A stretch of DNA of 64,000 nt from Octopus vulgaris (taxonomy: Eukaryota). The notes under the pieces were generated by a model. It was not told the DNA's origin, did no database searches, and saw only the letters and a list, made by a program, of their open reading frames with translations. The stretch's first letter is position 1. Every line of letters begins with the position of its first letter. Both the position numbers and the translations under genes were made by a program. Positions 13,095-26,257 of the stretch are shown here, piece by piece. Where the stretch lies: contig OX597824.1 in the NCBI GenBank assembly GCA_951406725.2, positions 11,656,001 to 11,720,000 of the forward strand, in the 5' to 3' direction.

Positions 13095-13280
13095 CAACTT
13101 TGATGCAATATACAGGTGGACTGGGGACAAAATGCAGTTTAATGGAGGAAAGTTCTTAGCCCTGCACAACCAGTACACAAAGCTGAACATCATGCAAACA
13201 GGATACATGGCCTGGGAGGGATTGCATTCCCTGAATCAAAATTAGTGTGTGACTTGGGCATTGACATGAGCAATGATCAA
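13095..13280 (+). mobile_element. Short CR1-like LINE RT fragment
   Basis: Translates to DAIYRWTGDKMQFNGGKFLALH...VCDLGIDMSND, like the post-RT region of CR1/L2 elements. Confidence 0.45.
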
Positions 13281-13284
13281 TGAT

Positions 13285-15060
13285 GCATCTTTACAGTTAT
13301 TTAAAATAACCTTTCCAAAGAACTTCCCAGCAACACACAAAAGGGTGATATCTCTGTGGTTGTCACATTCACATTTGTGCTTATAAAGATATGCAATAGA
13401 AGTGTCTTTGAACTCCTGTGGGACTGATCCTGATTCCCAGATTAAGGAGAAGAGTTCACCTAACTTGTTCAGCAGGAGACTGCTACCACATTTATATATC
13501 TTGGCTGGTATGCCATTGTTCCCAGCTGACTTTCCATTCATGAGCTGTTTTATGGCCTTTTTTTATTCCAGTATTTGAGAGAGTGACTGACAGTTCTTCA
13601 AGGACAGGCCTTTGCGATAGGTTGATGATCAGTTCTTCATCAACAATTGAGTCCATATTCAGAACATTTGGAAAGTGCTCTGCCCAGCACATCGTGATCT
13701 CCTTTTTATCTATCAGAAAATTACCCTCGGTTGTAAGTATGGGAGTTGAGCCAACGGACACCCTTAAAACACCCTTTAAGACACCAAAAACATTCTTTAA
13801 ATTCTGGTAGAATGACCTTGAGTCACATCTGTCAGCAGCATCTTACAATTCTTGTGCCTTCCTTTGCCACCATAACTGTTTCTTTTGCCTCAGTTGAGAT
13901 TCGCATGTATTTCTGGCCCTTTTAAACTCATTGCATTTGGTGGAATTATTTCTATTTGACATCCATTGACAGTGGCACTTGTGCATATTGTCCAAAAGAG
14001 GATAGACGTTTGGGTCATTTGAATGAAACCAATCTTGGTGCTTCCTCTTAACATACCCAAGTGTTTCGCAAGATGGCTCACATATAGTATTTTTAAAAGC
14101 AGACTACATTGATTCTATATCTGTGTTGTCTGAGATGCCAGCAAGTTTATTGTCTCAGGTTGTTTGAAATGAGGTTAAATTGTCCATTGTTCCTCAGCTT
14201 TGTTACATCCATTTTTCAAATTGGTCAAGTGCAGTTGCTAAGAATAGGACTGCAGATAGTAAAATTCACTTTCGATTGTATCAGTCTATGGTCAGACCAG
14301 CACTCCCCAATGGAGTAAGAATACGTTACTTGGACATCTTTCCCTCATGGAAGACCTCACAATTATGTAATCAATGAGGTGATAATGGTTTGATTGGGGA
14401 TGCTTCCAGGTAGTTTTGTGGTGGTTGGAGAATTTGAAAATAGTATCGGTAATCAAAAGCCCATACTCACTGCAAAGCAAAAGCAGCAGATAGCTCTTTG
14501 AATTTGCATTGCCAACCCCATGCTTCCCCATTACATCACTCCATATGGATATATCACAACCTACACGTGCATTGAAATCACCAAAGTGGAGAAGTTTATC
14601 ATGGATGGAGACACCTCTCAACTGGCTACGTAGCTCAGAGTAGAACTGCTCTTTACCTACTTCATTTGAGTTCACGGTTGGAGTATAGCAGCTGAAAATA
14701 TTTGCATATTTATTTTTGCCAATGTAGATGCACAACAATATGAGTCTCTCACTAATGCCAACAGGCAGAGGTTCAAGTTGTGTCACTAGGTCATTCTGAA
14801 TAGCAAACCCAACACCTGCCTCTTTTTTCACTTCCTGAGGCTTACCCATTCAGAAGAAAGTGTATCCACCATCAGCTTCTTGTTGCTGACCACAGTCTGC
14901 TAATCTGGTTTCTGAAAGAGCTGCTATTCTGACGTTTCTTTCCTTCAAGATATGGGCAACCAAAGTGATCCTATGTTCTATATTCTTATTGCTGTCCTGA
15001 AGAGTTCTCACATTCCAAGATGCAATAAAAAGGTTTTTTATTTTCAATTTGCTTCATTTT
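13285..15060 (-). mobile_element. Degenerate RTE-clade LINE (APE endonuclease plus RT N-terminus)
   Basis: ORFs IASWNVRTL...ALSETR, AGVGFAI, GDFNARVG, TWKHP...IDYIIVR and GKSAGNNGIP...NHRDITLLCVAGK; multiple stops and frameshifts. Confidence 0.9.
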
Positions 15061-15401
15061 TTGGTGCAGGTTTAGGTTTCCAGTCATTTGCATCTAATGA
15101 CAAGGAGCAATATGAGTAAACAAATTTGGGGTTGCATTTTCTCAACCCCTCCTCCATAGGAGGAAAGCAGGGCTGCTTTGTTGTGAAAAGAGGACACGAA
15201 TTACACAATTACCTACAGATGTTGTGTAAAGTGGCCATCTGCCTTTCACCACCTATGTGTAAAGTTCAAGCTAAGAATTTCCAGATGTTTGCTCAAGTGG
15301 TGGGTGTGAGTACCAAAACGACACTCAAGGGCCACATATTTAAGTTTAATAACAAGATACATACTCAAAAGAAAGTGCAGCAATCGGTGTCTGTATCACT
15401 G

Positions 15402-15570
15402 GTCATATCATCATCAAAAACGATGCTTAAGGCCATTCTCCGGAAAAATTTAACTAAACTATTCTTAACTTTTTGTACCTTTGGGTTGGAAACATTTTGA
15501 AGGTAAAGTAAATAATCATCACGATATAGACCTCCATTAATGCTAGGGAACTGTTCCGCCATTTCAAAAA

Positions 15571-15647
<77 letters not shown>

Positions 15648-16002
15648 CTAAATCAGCTACTTGTGCTGAATCAGAACTTCCCATTGTAACATCAAAACCA
15701 TCTGGCATGTCTTTACAGACCCACAACTTATTGTCAAATTTTATAATAGATTTTCTGGCTGCCAACACAACATTAATTTCTTCCCTGGTGAGACCAGCTT
15801 TGTTGTGAGCAAGCCAAAGTACCTTATTAAGTACTATTGGGTTGATGGATGAATAAAAATTAGAAATGTCAAACTGGATAAACTTAGTGCTCCTCTTATT
15901 AGTAATAGAACTAAACCAGTTAACTACTTGAAATGAATTGGACCATAAACTAAGTTTTAATTTTTTAATTAATGTAGGAACATATTTATCTAGTACTTTT
16001 TG
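15402..16002 (-). mobile_element. Penelope-like element (Naiad-type) RT segment, inverted
   Basis: KVLDKYVPTL...VNWF...FIQFDISNFYSSI...GFDVTMGSSDSAQVADLV-[(TA)n]-...GGLYRDDYL; GLYRDD and FDVTMGS motifs are typical of Naiad-type PLE RTs. Confidence 0.8.
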
Positions 16003-17338
16003 AAATGGCAGAACAGTTCCCTAATAGTTAAGAATAGTTTAGTTAAATTTTTCCGTAGAATGGGCTTAAGCATCGTTTTTGATGATGATATGACGAAGGT
16101 CAACTTTTTAGACATTATGCTTAACTTACACAATAACTCTTACTTCCTATACCATAAACCATCGACTAATCTTAAGTATATTAGCAAATTCAGTAATCAT
16201 TCTAGGGCAATTACTAGGAACTTAGTTAAGAATATTTCATTTAGATTGTCTAAGTTATCTGCTAATGTTGACATTTTCAATGATAACACCGAATTTTATA
16301 ACTCTGCTTTACTTAAAGCAGGTTATACAGAGAAAATTACCTTCATTGATTCTATTCAGTCTTATTCTAACTTTACTAATGTAGATATGAAATCTAGGTG
16401 TAAAGGAATTAACGATATCAATTTTAATTTATACACCGAAACAAAATGGAGGAAGGGAGATAACCTTTATTTAATACCCTATTATCATTCTAATACTAAC
16501 ATTAATTTAGCTTATACCATCCATCCCTGTAGAAGTATTAATAACAAGGTTATTGTATCTGAAGTCAATTCCAACAGAATCAAGTTTATGTCAAGTAACT
16601 CTAAAATTAAAAATTCTATATACCAGTGTAAAATTACTACTCATAATGAAGTATATTTTTATATTGGAAGCACGTCTTTGCAGTTATCTAGAAGGATTTC
16701 TAATCATTACTTGACATTTAGGGATAGGAATAAACATAACAGTACAGGGCTCAGTAAATTAATTTGGGATCTAAAAGACCACAATAAATAGTTTAATTTA
16801 GATTGGTTGATTCTTTCAATCTCAATACCTTATGACAAAGGCAAGGAATTCTGTCTTCTCTGTAATTCTGAACTATTTTTCATTATTTTTTTCTAAAAAT
16901 CCCCTAGTAAACATGGTTATATAAACATTGGCAAAGATACACCTTTAGTTCATATAAATGATCTCTATCATTAAGTATAATTTAAACATTAATTTTCTTT
17001 TTATATTTCACATTCACTAGATATACAGTTTTCCTAGTCTATAAGGTTTTATTTAATATACATATAGTCATATACTTCTCATTTATTTAGTTTTTCTTTA
17101 ATTTACCCCTTGTCTTTCTATAGGCTACCTCTGACAATATTAACAGTGTTCAGTTAATCACTATACTTATCCATCATTTTCTTTTAAAATGTCTTATTGA
17201 CGAGTTTCATTTCTTCACTTCCCTGAAGAGAAGATTACATTGTTTTACACCATTTTATTCCTTTGGAATAATATCAGTGATATCTTCGAAACATGTGTCG
17301 GAAGTAAAAGAATATGAATTACACCTGTGTTAAACTCC

Positions 17339-17345
<7 letters not shown>
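15994..17345 (+). mobile_element. Penelope-like element (Naiad-type): RT C-terminus, GIY-YIG endonuclease and 3' terminus
   Basis: ORF 16000-16791 VNFLDIMLNL...YHKP...SNH, IYQCKI...YIGST...RISNH...STGLSKLIWDLK; after a premature TAG the frame continues to CLLCNSE; ends in (TA)n. Confidence 0.85.
17217..17305 (+). ncRNA. Type I hammerhead ribozyme motif (intact core) in PLE terminus
   Basis: Stem I acttcc/ggaagt; CTGAAGA 17223-17229; stem II gaagat/atcttc with extended loop; GAAA 17288-17291; short palindromic stem III (ACATGT); GTC triplet ending 17299. Confidence 0.8.
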
Positions 17346-17392
<47 letters not shown>

Positions 17393-17974
17393 GGCTTCTG
17401 TACAGCTTTCTATCTACTAATCTCATTGGTCAGTTGCTCAGCCCAAAGCTATAGTAGAAAACACCTGCATGTGTTGCCATGCAACAGGAATAATCTCATA
17501 ACCATGTGTTTACACCTCTTTTTAAAATTTTCTATCACGATTTTATGTAAGAACTTTTTATCAAATTATGTTTCAAACATCAGCTGAATATAAAGAAAAG
17601 GTGCTCTTTTTTACTTTTTGCTAACACCATTCAAATTCTGGTTTATATTAAAAGCTAAACTGAATCCTTCACAGTTATTTTGGGGTTTTCTTCTTCTTGA
17701 AATATACTCTTTTACTTACTTGTTTCAGTCATTTGACTGCGGCCATGCTGGAGCACCGCCTTTAGTCGAGCAAATCGACCCCGGGACTTATTCTTTGTAA
17801 GCCCAGTACTTATTCTATCGGTCTCTTTTGCCGAACCGCTAAGTGACGGGGACGCAAACACACCAGCATATGGTCATGAAAGAATGAAATATTGAACTAT
17901 TTTAAAGTAGTGATATATTGGATTCAAATTTTGGCACAATGCCAGCAATTTCAAGGGAAGGAGTAAGTTCATTA

Positions 17975-19431
17975 TATGAGGGGGGAGTCAAAAATTATTT
18001 ACACTTTCGCCATAACATATCTTTATTATTGCTATACTGCCTTCTGAGCATGCATGCTTATAGTTGGTACTATTGTGGTCCCATGATCAAAGTTTGAGCC
18101 TGATTCTGCCATTTTTCTTTCTGGCTTTACTGTGTAAGCATGGCTGCTCCACTAGCAATGTGCACCAAAGAACGATAAAGAGCAGCGATCTGTTTTCTCT
18201 AGTCAAATGGTGTGTCAGGTGCTGAAATTCATTGGATGCATTTAGCACAAATCAGGGACAGAGCACTACCATGTAGAAGTGTGTATAAGTGGACGAAGTA
18301 GTTTAAAAGTGGCCAGACAAGCATGACACATGAAGAGGGAGCAGGATGCTCGTCAACCTCCACCACTGACAAGAAGATTCACCAAGCTTGAGTGATGGTA
18401 ATGGTGAAGGGCAGCGAGCTGGCAGAATCGTTAGCATACCGGGTGAAATGCTTAGCAGTATTTCTTCTGCCGCAGCGTACTGAGTTCAAATTCCGCCGAG
18501 GTCGACTTTGCCTTTCATCCTTTCGGGGTCGATTAAATAAGTACCAGTTACGCACTGGGGTCGATATAATTGACTTAATCCGTTTGTCTGTCCTTGTTTG
18601 TCCTCTCTGCGTTTAGCCCCTTGTGGGTAGTAAAGAAACAGGTATTTCGTCTGCTGCTACGTTCTGAGTTCAAATTCCGCCGGGGTCGACTTTGCCTTTC
18701 ATCCTTTTGGGGTCGATTAAATAAGTACCAGTTATGCACTGGGGTTGATATAATCAACTTAATCCCTTTTTCTGTCCTTGTTTGTCCTCTCTGTGTTTAG
18801 CCCCTTGTGGGTAGTAAAGAAATAGGTATTTCGTCTGCTGCTACGTTCTGAGTTCAAGTTCCGCCAAGGTCGACTTTGCCTTTCATCCTTTCGGGGTCGA
18901 TTAAATAAGTACCAGTTATGAACTGGGGCTGATATAATTGACTTAATCCGTTTGTCTGTCCTTGTTTGTCCTCTCTGTGTTTAGCCCCTTGTGGGTAGTA
19001 AAGAAATAGGTATTTCGTCTGTCATTACATTCTGAGTTCAAATTCCACCGAGGTCGACTTTGCCTTTCATCCTTTCAGGGTCGATTCAATAAGTACCAGT
19101 TATACACTGGGGTCGATATAATTGACTTAATTCGTTTGTCTGTCCTTGTTTGTCCTCTCTGTGCTTAGCCCCTAGTGGGTAGTAAAGAAATAGGTAATGG
19201 TGAACCGGTTCACCATTACCTTCTCTCAGATCACTGATCTTTGTTCTTCGTTGGTGCACATTGCTTGTGGAGGGGCCATGCTTACACTGTAAAACCAGAA
19301 AGTAAAATAGCGCCATCAGGCCCAAACATTGATCACATAACCACAATAAGCACACATGCACAGAAGGCTGTGTGACAATAACAACAATATGTTACAGCAA
19401 AAGTGTAGATAAATTTTGACTTCGCCTCATA
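17975..19431 (+). mobile_element. Internally rearranged mariner element with long inverted termini, interrupted by a SINE tetramer
   Basis: Ends tatgagggggagtcaaaa / ttttgacttcgcctcata; 18139-18400 encodes a decayed mariner HTH (MAAPLAMCTKE...SVYKWT..FKSGQTS); 19220-19431 mirrors 17975-18200. Confidence 0.7.
18409..19192 (+). mobile_element. SINE family C head-to-tail tetramer (4 x 184 bp)
   Basis: Units start 18458, 18642, 18826, 19010; single 5' head; TSD ggtaatggtgaa (18397-18408 / 19193-19204). Confidence 0.9.
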
Positions 19432-20415
19432 TTTAACCCCAGTAGTCAACTGGTACTTATTTTACCAAATTTGATAGGATGGAAGGTAAAGTCAACCGCA
19501 GCAGAATTTGAACTCAGAGCATAAAGATGGATGTAAAGCTACCACTAAGTATCTTGTCTTGTGTGCTAATGATTTTGTCAACACATAACCTTAAAAAAAA
19601 AAAAGTAGTGAAATATTAGCTTAACTTAAATCAAAGAGGATCTAAAAAAAAAGATTGGTTTTTCCACCACTTCACACTAGTCTTAAATATTCAAATACTG
19701 AAATATTTGTGAAAATAGGATGTCTTGTCTATTTGTACGGTCAAGTACAGACTTTTCTATTAAGTGTTTAACCATAATTCTTACAGGAAACTGTACAATG
19801 TGGTTCCGTAAGAAATCTGCGAATTTAGCATCAGCAGTTTTCCTGTTATCACCAAATTAAATATCCCAGTATTTTACATAAAAAGGGTATTGAGATATCG
19901 TCATCATCATCATCCTCACCACCACCACCACCATCATTTAGTGTCTGCTTTCCATGCTGGCATGGGTTAGACGGTTTGACTGGAACTGGTAACTGGTAAC
20001 CAGGTTCCGATCCGATTAGGCATAGTTTCTATGGCTGGATGCCTTTCCTAATGCCAACCACTCCAAGAGTGTAATGGGTGCTTTTTACGTGCCACTGACA
20101 CAGGTACCAGTTGTGTGACACCGGCATCGGCCACAATTATGATTTCACTTGGCTTGACAAGTCTTCTCAAGCACAGCATATCATTGAAGGTCTCAGTCAC
20201 TTATCACCTCCGTGAGGCTCAACATTCAAAGGATGCTTTTTACATTCCACCAGCATGAGGGCCTGTTACGTGACACCAGCATCAGCCAGGAAACCACAAT
20301 ATGGCACGCAAGAATCTTATTCATTTTACTACAGCAATTTCCCTGTTAACACCAAATTAAATATTCCAGTATTTTACTTAATAAGATTGCTGTCACCATA
20401 TCAGTCACTTGTAAT

Positions 20416-20975
20416 CTTTTCTATTCTAGGCACAAGGCCCAAAATTAGATCAACCCCAGTACACAACTGGTACTTAATTTATTGACCCTGAAAGGATGAA
20501 AGGCAAAGTTGACCTCGGTGGAATTTGAATTCAGAATGTAAAGACAGATAAAATACTTATTTCTTTATTTCCCACAAGGGGCTAAACACAGGGGGTCAAA
20601 CAAGGACAGACAAACAGATTTAGTCGATTATATCAACCCCAGTGTGTAACTGGTCCTTAATTTATCGGCCCCAAAAGGATGAAAGGCAAAGTTGACCTCG
20701 GCGGAATTTGAACTCAGAACGTAACGGCAGACGAAATAATTATTTCTTTACTACCCACAAGCGGCTAAACACAGAGGGGACAAACAAGGAGAGACAAACA
20801 GATTAAGTCGATTACATCAACCCCAGTGCGTAACTGGTACTTATTTAATCGACCCCGAAAGGATGAAAGGCAAAGTCGACCTCGGCAGAATTTGAACTCA
20901 GAACGTAACGGCAGATGAAATACTGCTAAGCATTTTGCCCGGCGTGCTAACATTTCAGCTAGCTCGTCGCCTTTC
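20416..20975 (-). mobile_element. SINE family C trimer
   Basis: Three tandem units on the minus strand; imperfect TSD cagtcacttgtaat / cagccacttataat. Confidence 0.85.
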
Positions 20976-22319
20976 AGCCACTTATAATGAATGTAATATG
21001 ATAATTGTTCTCTTAGCACTGACCACTATGTACTTGAAAGCATGTTGTTGCTTTATCTAGGGTCAGCCTTAGTTGAGCTGTTTTAAGATCAATGGTATTT
21101 GTCTCATTTTTCTTTTTTTTTTTTTTTTATGATAGTATGCATCCAGGAAACATTGTTTAATTTATTCTTCTACTTTTAAAAAGGAAAATATGGTTTTATT
21201 TCTAACCAGTCAAGATACAGGCTCCCAGTGAAAGTGTTTAATGAGAACTTGACCTGTGTGTGGTTGTTGTTTATCCTCTACACTTATCGTTTGTGGTGTG
21301 CATCCTAGTATAATGTTGAGACACAGGCATGGCTATGTGGTTAAGAAGTTCACTTTGCAGCCACATGGTTTTAGGTTCAGTCCCACTGTGTGGCACTCTG
21401 GGCAAGTGTTTTCTATTATTGTCCTGGGCTGACCAATGCCCTGGTGAATTTGGTTGACAGAAACTGTGTGGAAGCCAGTTGAGTGTGTGTGTGTGTGAAA
21501 GTGTGTGTGTGTGTCTGTGTGCATGTGTGCGTGTGTGTCTGTGTGCATGTGAGTGTGTGCTTGCATTGTCATTGAAATCCATGACCACTTGACAATTGAT
21601 GTTGGTTTGTTTATGTCCCTGTAATGTAGCAATCAGTAAAAGAGATTGATATAAGTACTAAACTTTAAAGAAAAATAAGAAACCAAAGCCAAGAAGCTGA
21701 ATGGACATAATGTTGAAAGGACATAAAGCCGAACGGACTAGATGCTGAAAAGACATACAAATATTAAAATTTAATCTTGTTAAATCTTAAGTGCAAAATT
21801 GGTGAACTTGTCATTAAACTAAATAGGTAGGAATGGTTTTTTTTTATTATTGTATCCCTTTAGCTTTTTGTCTGTAGGCAACACTAATTGAAACAGATTC
21901 ACAAGCCCACAAAATATTAATTGGGAGTCAACAACATTTATCTCTCCTGATCGAATGTTCTAGAAGATTCCAGAAAATTCTAGGTGAACATGATTTAACT
22001 CACCCTTTGCTAATGTACTATGCATAACTTCAAAATAACATGCAAGAGGTCGCTAGTAGCACATCGCCTATTTAAGTGGTATTCCCACTTAAATCATCCT
22101 CTTTTCTCCAACTCTCTTCTCTACTGGTTTCGATTCCTGGACCGGGTGACACGTTGTGTTCTTGAGCAAAACACTTCATTTCACGATGCTCCAGTCCACT
22201 CAGCTGGCAAAAATGAGTAACACTGCGATGGACTGGTGTCCTGTCCAGCTGGGGAACACATATGCCATTGAAACCGCGAAACCGGGCCCATGAGCCTGAC
22301 TAGGCTTTAAAAAGGAAAA

Positions 22320-22733
22320 GGCAGGGAGATGGCAGAAACGTTAGCACACCGGGCGAAATGCTTAGCGGTATTTCGTCTGCCGTTATGTTCTGAGTTCAAA
22401 TTCCGCCGAAGTTGACTTTGCCTTTCATCCTTTCGGGGTCGGTTAAATAAGTACCAGTTATGAACTGGGGTCGATATAATCGACTTAATCTGTTTGTCTG
22501 TCCTTGTTTGTCCTCTCTGTGTTTGGCCCCTTGTGGGTAGTAAAGAAATAGGTATTTCATCTGCCGTTACATTCTGAGTTCAAATTCCACCAAGGTCGAC
22601 TTTGCCTTTCATCCTTTCTGGGTCGATAAATTAAGTACCAGTTATGCACTGGGGTCGATGTAATCGACTTAATCCCTTTGTCTGTCCTTGTTTGTCCCCT
22701 CTATGTTTAGCCCCTTGTGGGCAATAAAGAAAT
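22320..22733 (+). mobile_element. SINE family C dimer
   Basis: Two 184-bp units behind one head. Monomers or partial copies also at 28080-28302(-), 19432-19590(-) and 48500-48705(-). Confidence 0.85.
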
Positions 22734-24125
22734 ATGGTTGGTCTTTTGAGTTGTTTGCTTGAAATCTGTCATGCTACAAGGAAAAGCACTGAAATCTTTG
22801 TAGTTTGTTGTAGAAAGATTGGAGATGGGTTGTTGAGGCCGGTATAATATAATGCACGATGGATCCTATATATTCTTTTATTTTTTACTTATTTTAGTCA
22901 TTGGATTGTGGCCATGCTGGAGCACCACCTTGAAAGGTTTAGTCAAAAGAACTGACCCCAGTACTTACTTTTCTTTTGTGAAGTGTAGTGCTTATTCAGT
23001 CAGTCTCTTTTTGTTTGTACAGCTAAGTTACAGGGACATAAACAAACCAACACCAGTTGTCAAGTGGTGGTGGGAGACAGATGCAATACAAATACACATA
23101 CTAATATCAAATGGAAATTGTAGTTAAGAAACCTGTGCCGGTGACACATAAAAAGTACCGTCCGAACGTGGCCGATGCCAGCGCCGCCTGACTGGCGTCC
23201 GTGTCGGTGACACGTACAAAGCACCATCCGAACGTGGCTGTTTGCCAGCCTCCCCTGGCCCCTGTGCTGGTGGCACATAAAAAGCACCAACTACACTCAC
23301 GGAGTGGTTGGCGTTAGGAAGGGCATCCAGCTGTAAAAACACTGTCAGATCAGACTGGAGCCTGGTCCAGCCTCCTGGCTTCCCAGACCCCGGTCGAACC
23401 GTCCAACCCATGCCAGCATGGAAAACGGACGTTAAACGACGACGACGACGACGATGATGATGATGCATGTGCATGCACACACACTTGCACACATATGCAC
23501 ACATATGCACACACATATGATGGTGGAATCCATTCTTAAGCTGTTTACATGAGGTGATTGCAGCTCACCAAACTAACAAGAAGAGTTTCTCAGCTTGCTA
23601 GAAATAGCAGCCAAATCTTCCTGGAGAAAAGAGTTTCCAGAAGACACTTGTCTGTGTTGTCCACTGTGTTGTGAATAAACCCCAAAACATGGAATTTGGA
23701 AGCAAACTTCTTACCACACAGCCACGCCAAATAAATCATAATATTTTTGCCTCTGGCATACGTGATCGGTTTATGTTGTTGAGTATGTTGGTTGATTTAA
23801 CTCAATGTTCTCTGGTGTTGCTAGGAAGAAGGAAAGAACTACTTAAAAATTTTGGTATTTTGGAGTCAGGTGACTAGATAACTAAAGTACTTTTGGTGTA
23901 GTTGCACAGCTGTGTCATGAGAATGGTAAAAGAATGTGAATAGATGTTATCTGTGTGTACGCTTTGTGGTGGTGTTGGAAGATCATATAGTTATGGGCCG
24001 TAAACAGTGTCCACGCAAATAGATTATTTTTAGGCATGGCAACATCTGAATGTGTCATATTTTATATATTTCACAGGCTTGGTAAAATGAGAGACAGTTT
24101 ATATCCTAGTACATTGTGTTGTTTC

Positions 24126-24169
<44 letters not shown>

Positions 24170-24205
24170 TATATGTATATATATATGTTTGTGTGTATAT
24201 ATATG

Positions 24206-24245
<40 letters not shown>

Positions 24246-24629
24246 GAATATAAATAAAACAAGTCTTTTACGTTTCGAGCCTACGCTCTTCAACAGAAAG
24301 ATACACAGAAAAGAAACACAGAAAGAAACAAGGAGAGAAAAAAAATGCGTGCAGAGGCTAGCGAATCAACATTGTGTGTAAGTGGACAGCTTGAATAGTG
24401 GCAAAAGCTTGGCTGATATCATTTGCAGGATCAGTCAGCCTGGTGTTTTATTTCCAGTTTGAAGTCCTCTTTTAATTTTAACATGTTGTTTAATTATCAG
24501 CTCCGATCAAGTAGACCTATGTTTCAGATGCAGCTGTGACCCTATTCTCATCTATTCAGATAGAATGTTCTTATGGCATTATCCAATGTGCCAATCTTTT
24601 TAAAAGTAGTGGTGTCTAATTTGCGGTAG

Positions 24630-24902
24630 TTTGTTCCTTCTTGAGCCATGCCTGGCTCATAAGGGCCAGTTTCCCGGTTTCCTTGGCGTATAGGTTCCCC
24701 ACCTGGACAGGACGCCGGTCCGTCGCAGTTGAGCTGCAAGATGCAGGAGGAAAGAGTGAGAGAAAGTTGTGGCGAAAGAGTCAGCAGAAGTTTCGCCATT
24801 ACCTTCTGCCGGAGCCGCATGGAGCTTAGGTGTTTGGCTCATAAACACACACATTGCCCAGTCAGATTCAGCTGCTCTAAACACTAGACCATGTGCCTCT
24901 AC
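24630..24902 (-). mobile_element. tRNA-derived SINE family D
   Basis: Head gaggcacatggtctagtg...; body aaacacctaagctccatgcggctccggcag. Other copies at 35665-35965(-), 41724-42030(+), 49460-49745(+). Confidence 0.8.
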
Positions 24903-25458
24903 TAATTTGCCGTAGACTTCTCTGTTATTTCTAATAGGATGAATGACAAAGTAGAGGCTATTTTTTTTTTACTCATCCCTATGTAATGTTTGTGAATAAT
25001 GTGGTATTTACTCAAGCCCTTCACTTCCAAGGAACATGGGTTATCAACAACTTTACCTCATTGTTTTCAATACTGGGTCATCTTTCCTTGAGGGAAGGCC
25101 TTTTTCTCCCAGGTTTAATTGGTTTAAACTGTCATTGATGATTGAAAGACTTCGCATTTTTTCTAGATAGGGGTGTTGGCTCTATGCGAACCCATTTTTA
25201 CCTTTAGGAGGAGGCGTTTCATATTAGGTTGGTTTCTCTCCTTTGACCTGTCCAGCAGGAGTGGCCCTATCAAGAACTTAGATTCTGCTGGCTTAGCTCT
25301 CAGGGTCACTGAAGCACACAAGCCACCTTATCACATCAAGGACTGGACCTTATGGTGGAGCTGTGTGGTGACTGAAGATAATGGTCTGGATTCATATTGG
25401 AAATAACCTTCTACCCACTTAAATCCTACCAGGAATAACACCAAACCTGAGTCAAATC

Positions 25459-25490
<32 letters not shown>

Positions 25491-25819
25491 TAATAATAAT
25501 AATAATTTATTTTTTTATTAGTCACAAGGGCTCACATACAATAACATTAAAGGAGATGTAACAACATAAAGACAAAAAAGGGATGATACAATGGGTTTTG
25601 CAACATGTAAACAATATAATAACAATTAAAATTAAACAAATTAAAACTCCCAATAGGGGAGGCGCTTTAAGGTCCTTCGGAAAAAACCCAGAAAAGCCAA
25701 GGGTGCCTGATCAACAGGGTAAGAGCCCTTCTCCTTTGATTTTTAAAATCATCATCATCATCATCACCATGATGATGATGATGATGATGATGATAATGAC
25801 GATGACGACGACGACGACG

Positions 25820-25881
<62 letters not shown>

Positions 25882-25882
<1 letters not shown>

Positions 25883-26215
25883 TTGTCATAGGTGCCCTGG
25901 GAATGATAGCAAAAGGGGCTGATTGCTACCTAACTCAGATACCAGGAAGCCCCAAAATGGCAGAAATTCAAAAGATAGTGCTCATGGGAACTGCTCATAT
26001 CCTATGCAAAATATTTTCTATGTAATCTCAAGTTTTAAAACAAACATAATTTTCTTATGGTTTCTTAAACATTCACTAGTACAACACTAAGTACAAAACC
26101 AAATATATGGCACCCTAGGCATAACACCAACATGAACTTCCAGCTTGTTGTCTCTTGAGGTCTCTGGGTGAGACTTGGAGCCAATTTGTACAAATGTAAA
26201 GCAAAAGTCAAACAT

Positions 26216-26216
<1 letters not shown>
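25882..26216 (+). mobile_element. 3' end of R4/Dong-clade non-LTR retrotransposon in (TAA)n
   Basis: VVIGALGMIAKGADCYLTQIPGSPKMAEIQKIVLMGTAHILCKIFSM* matches the R4/Dong C-terminal IGALG...GTAHIL motif; (TAA)n on both flanks. Confidence 0.7.

Positions 26217-26255
<39 letters not shown>

Positions 26256-26257
<2 letters not shown>

Noticed and set aside
16789-16791. Possible selenocysteine read-through in the Naiad-type ORF
   Set aside because: The in-frame stop is TAG, not TGA, and the copy is otherwise decayed.
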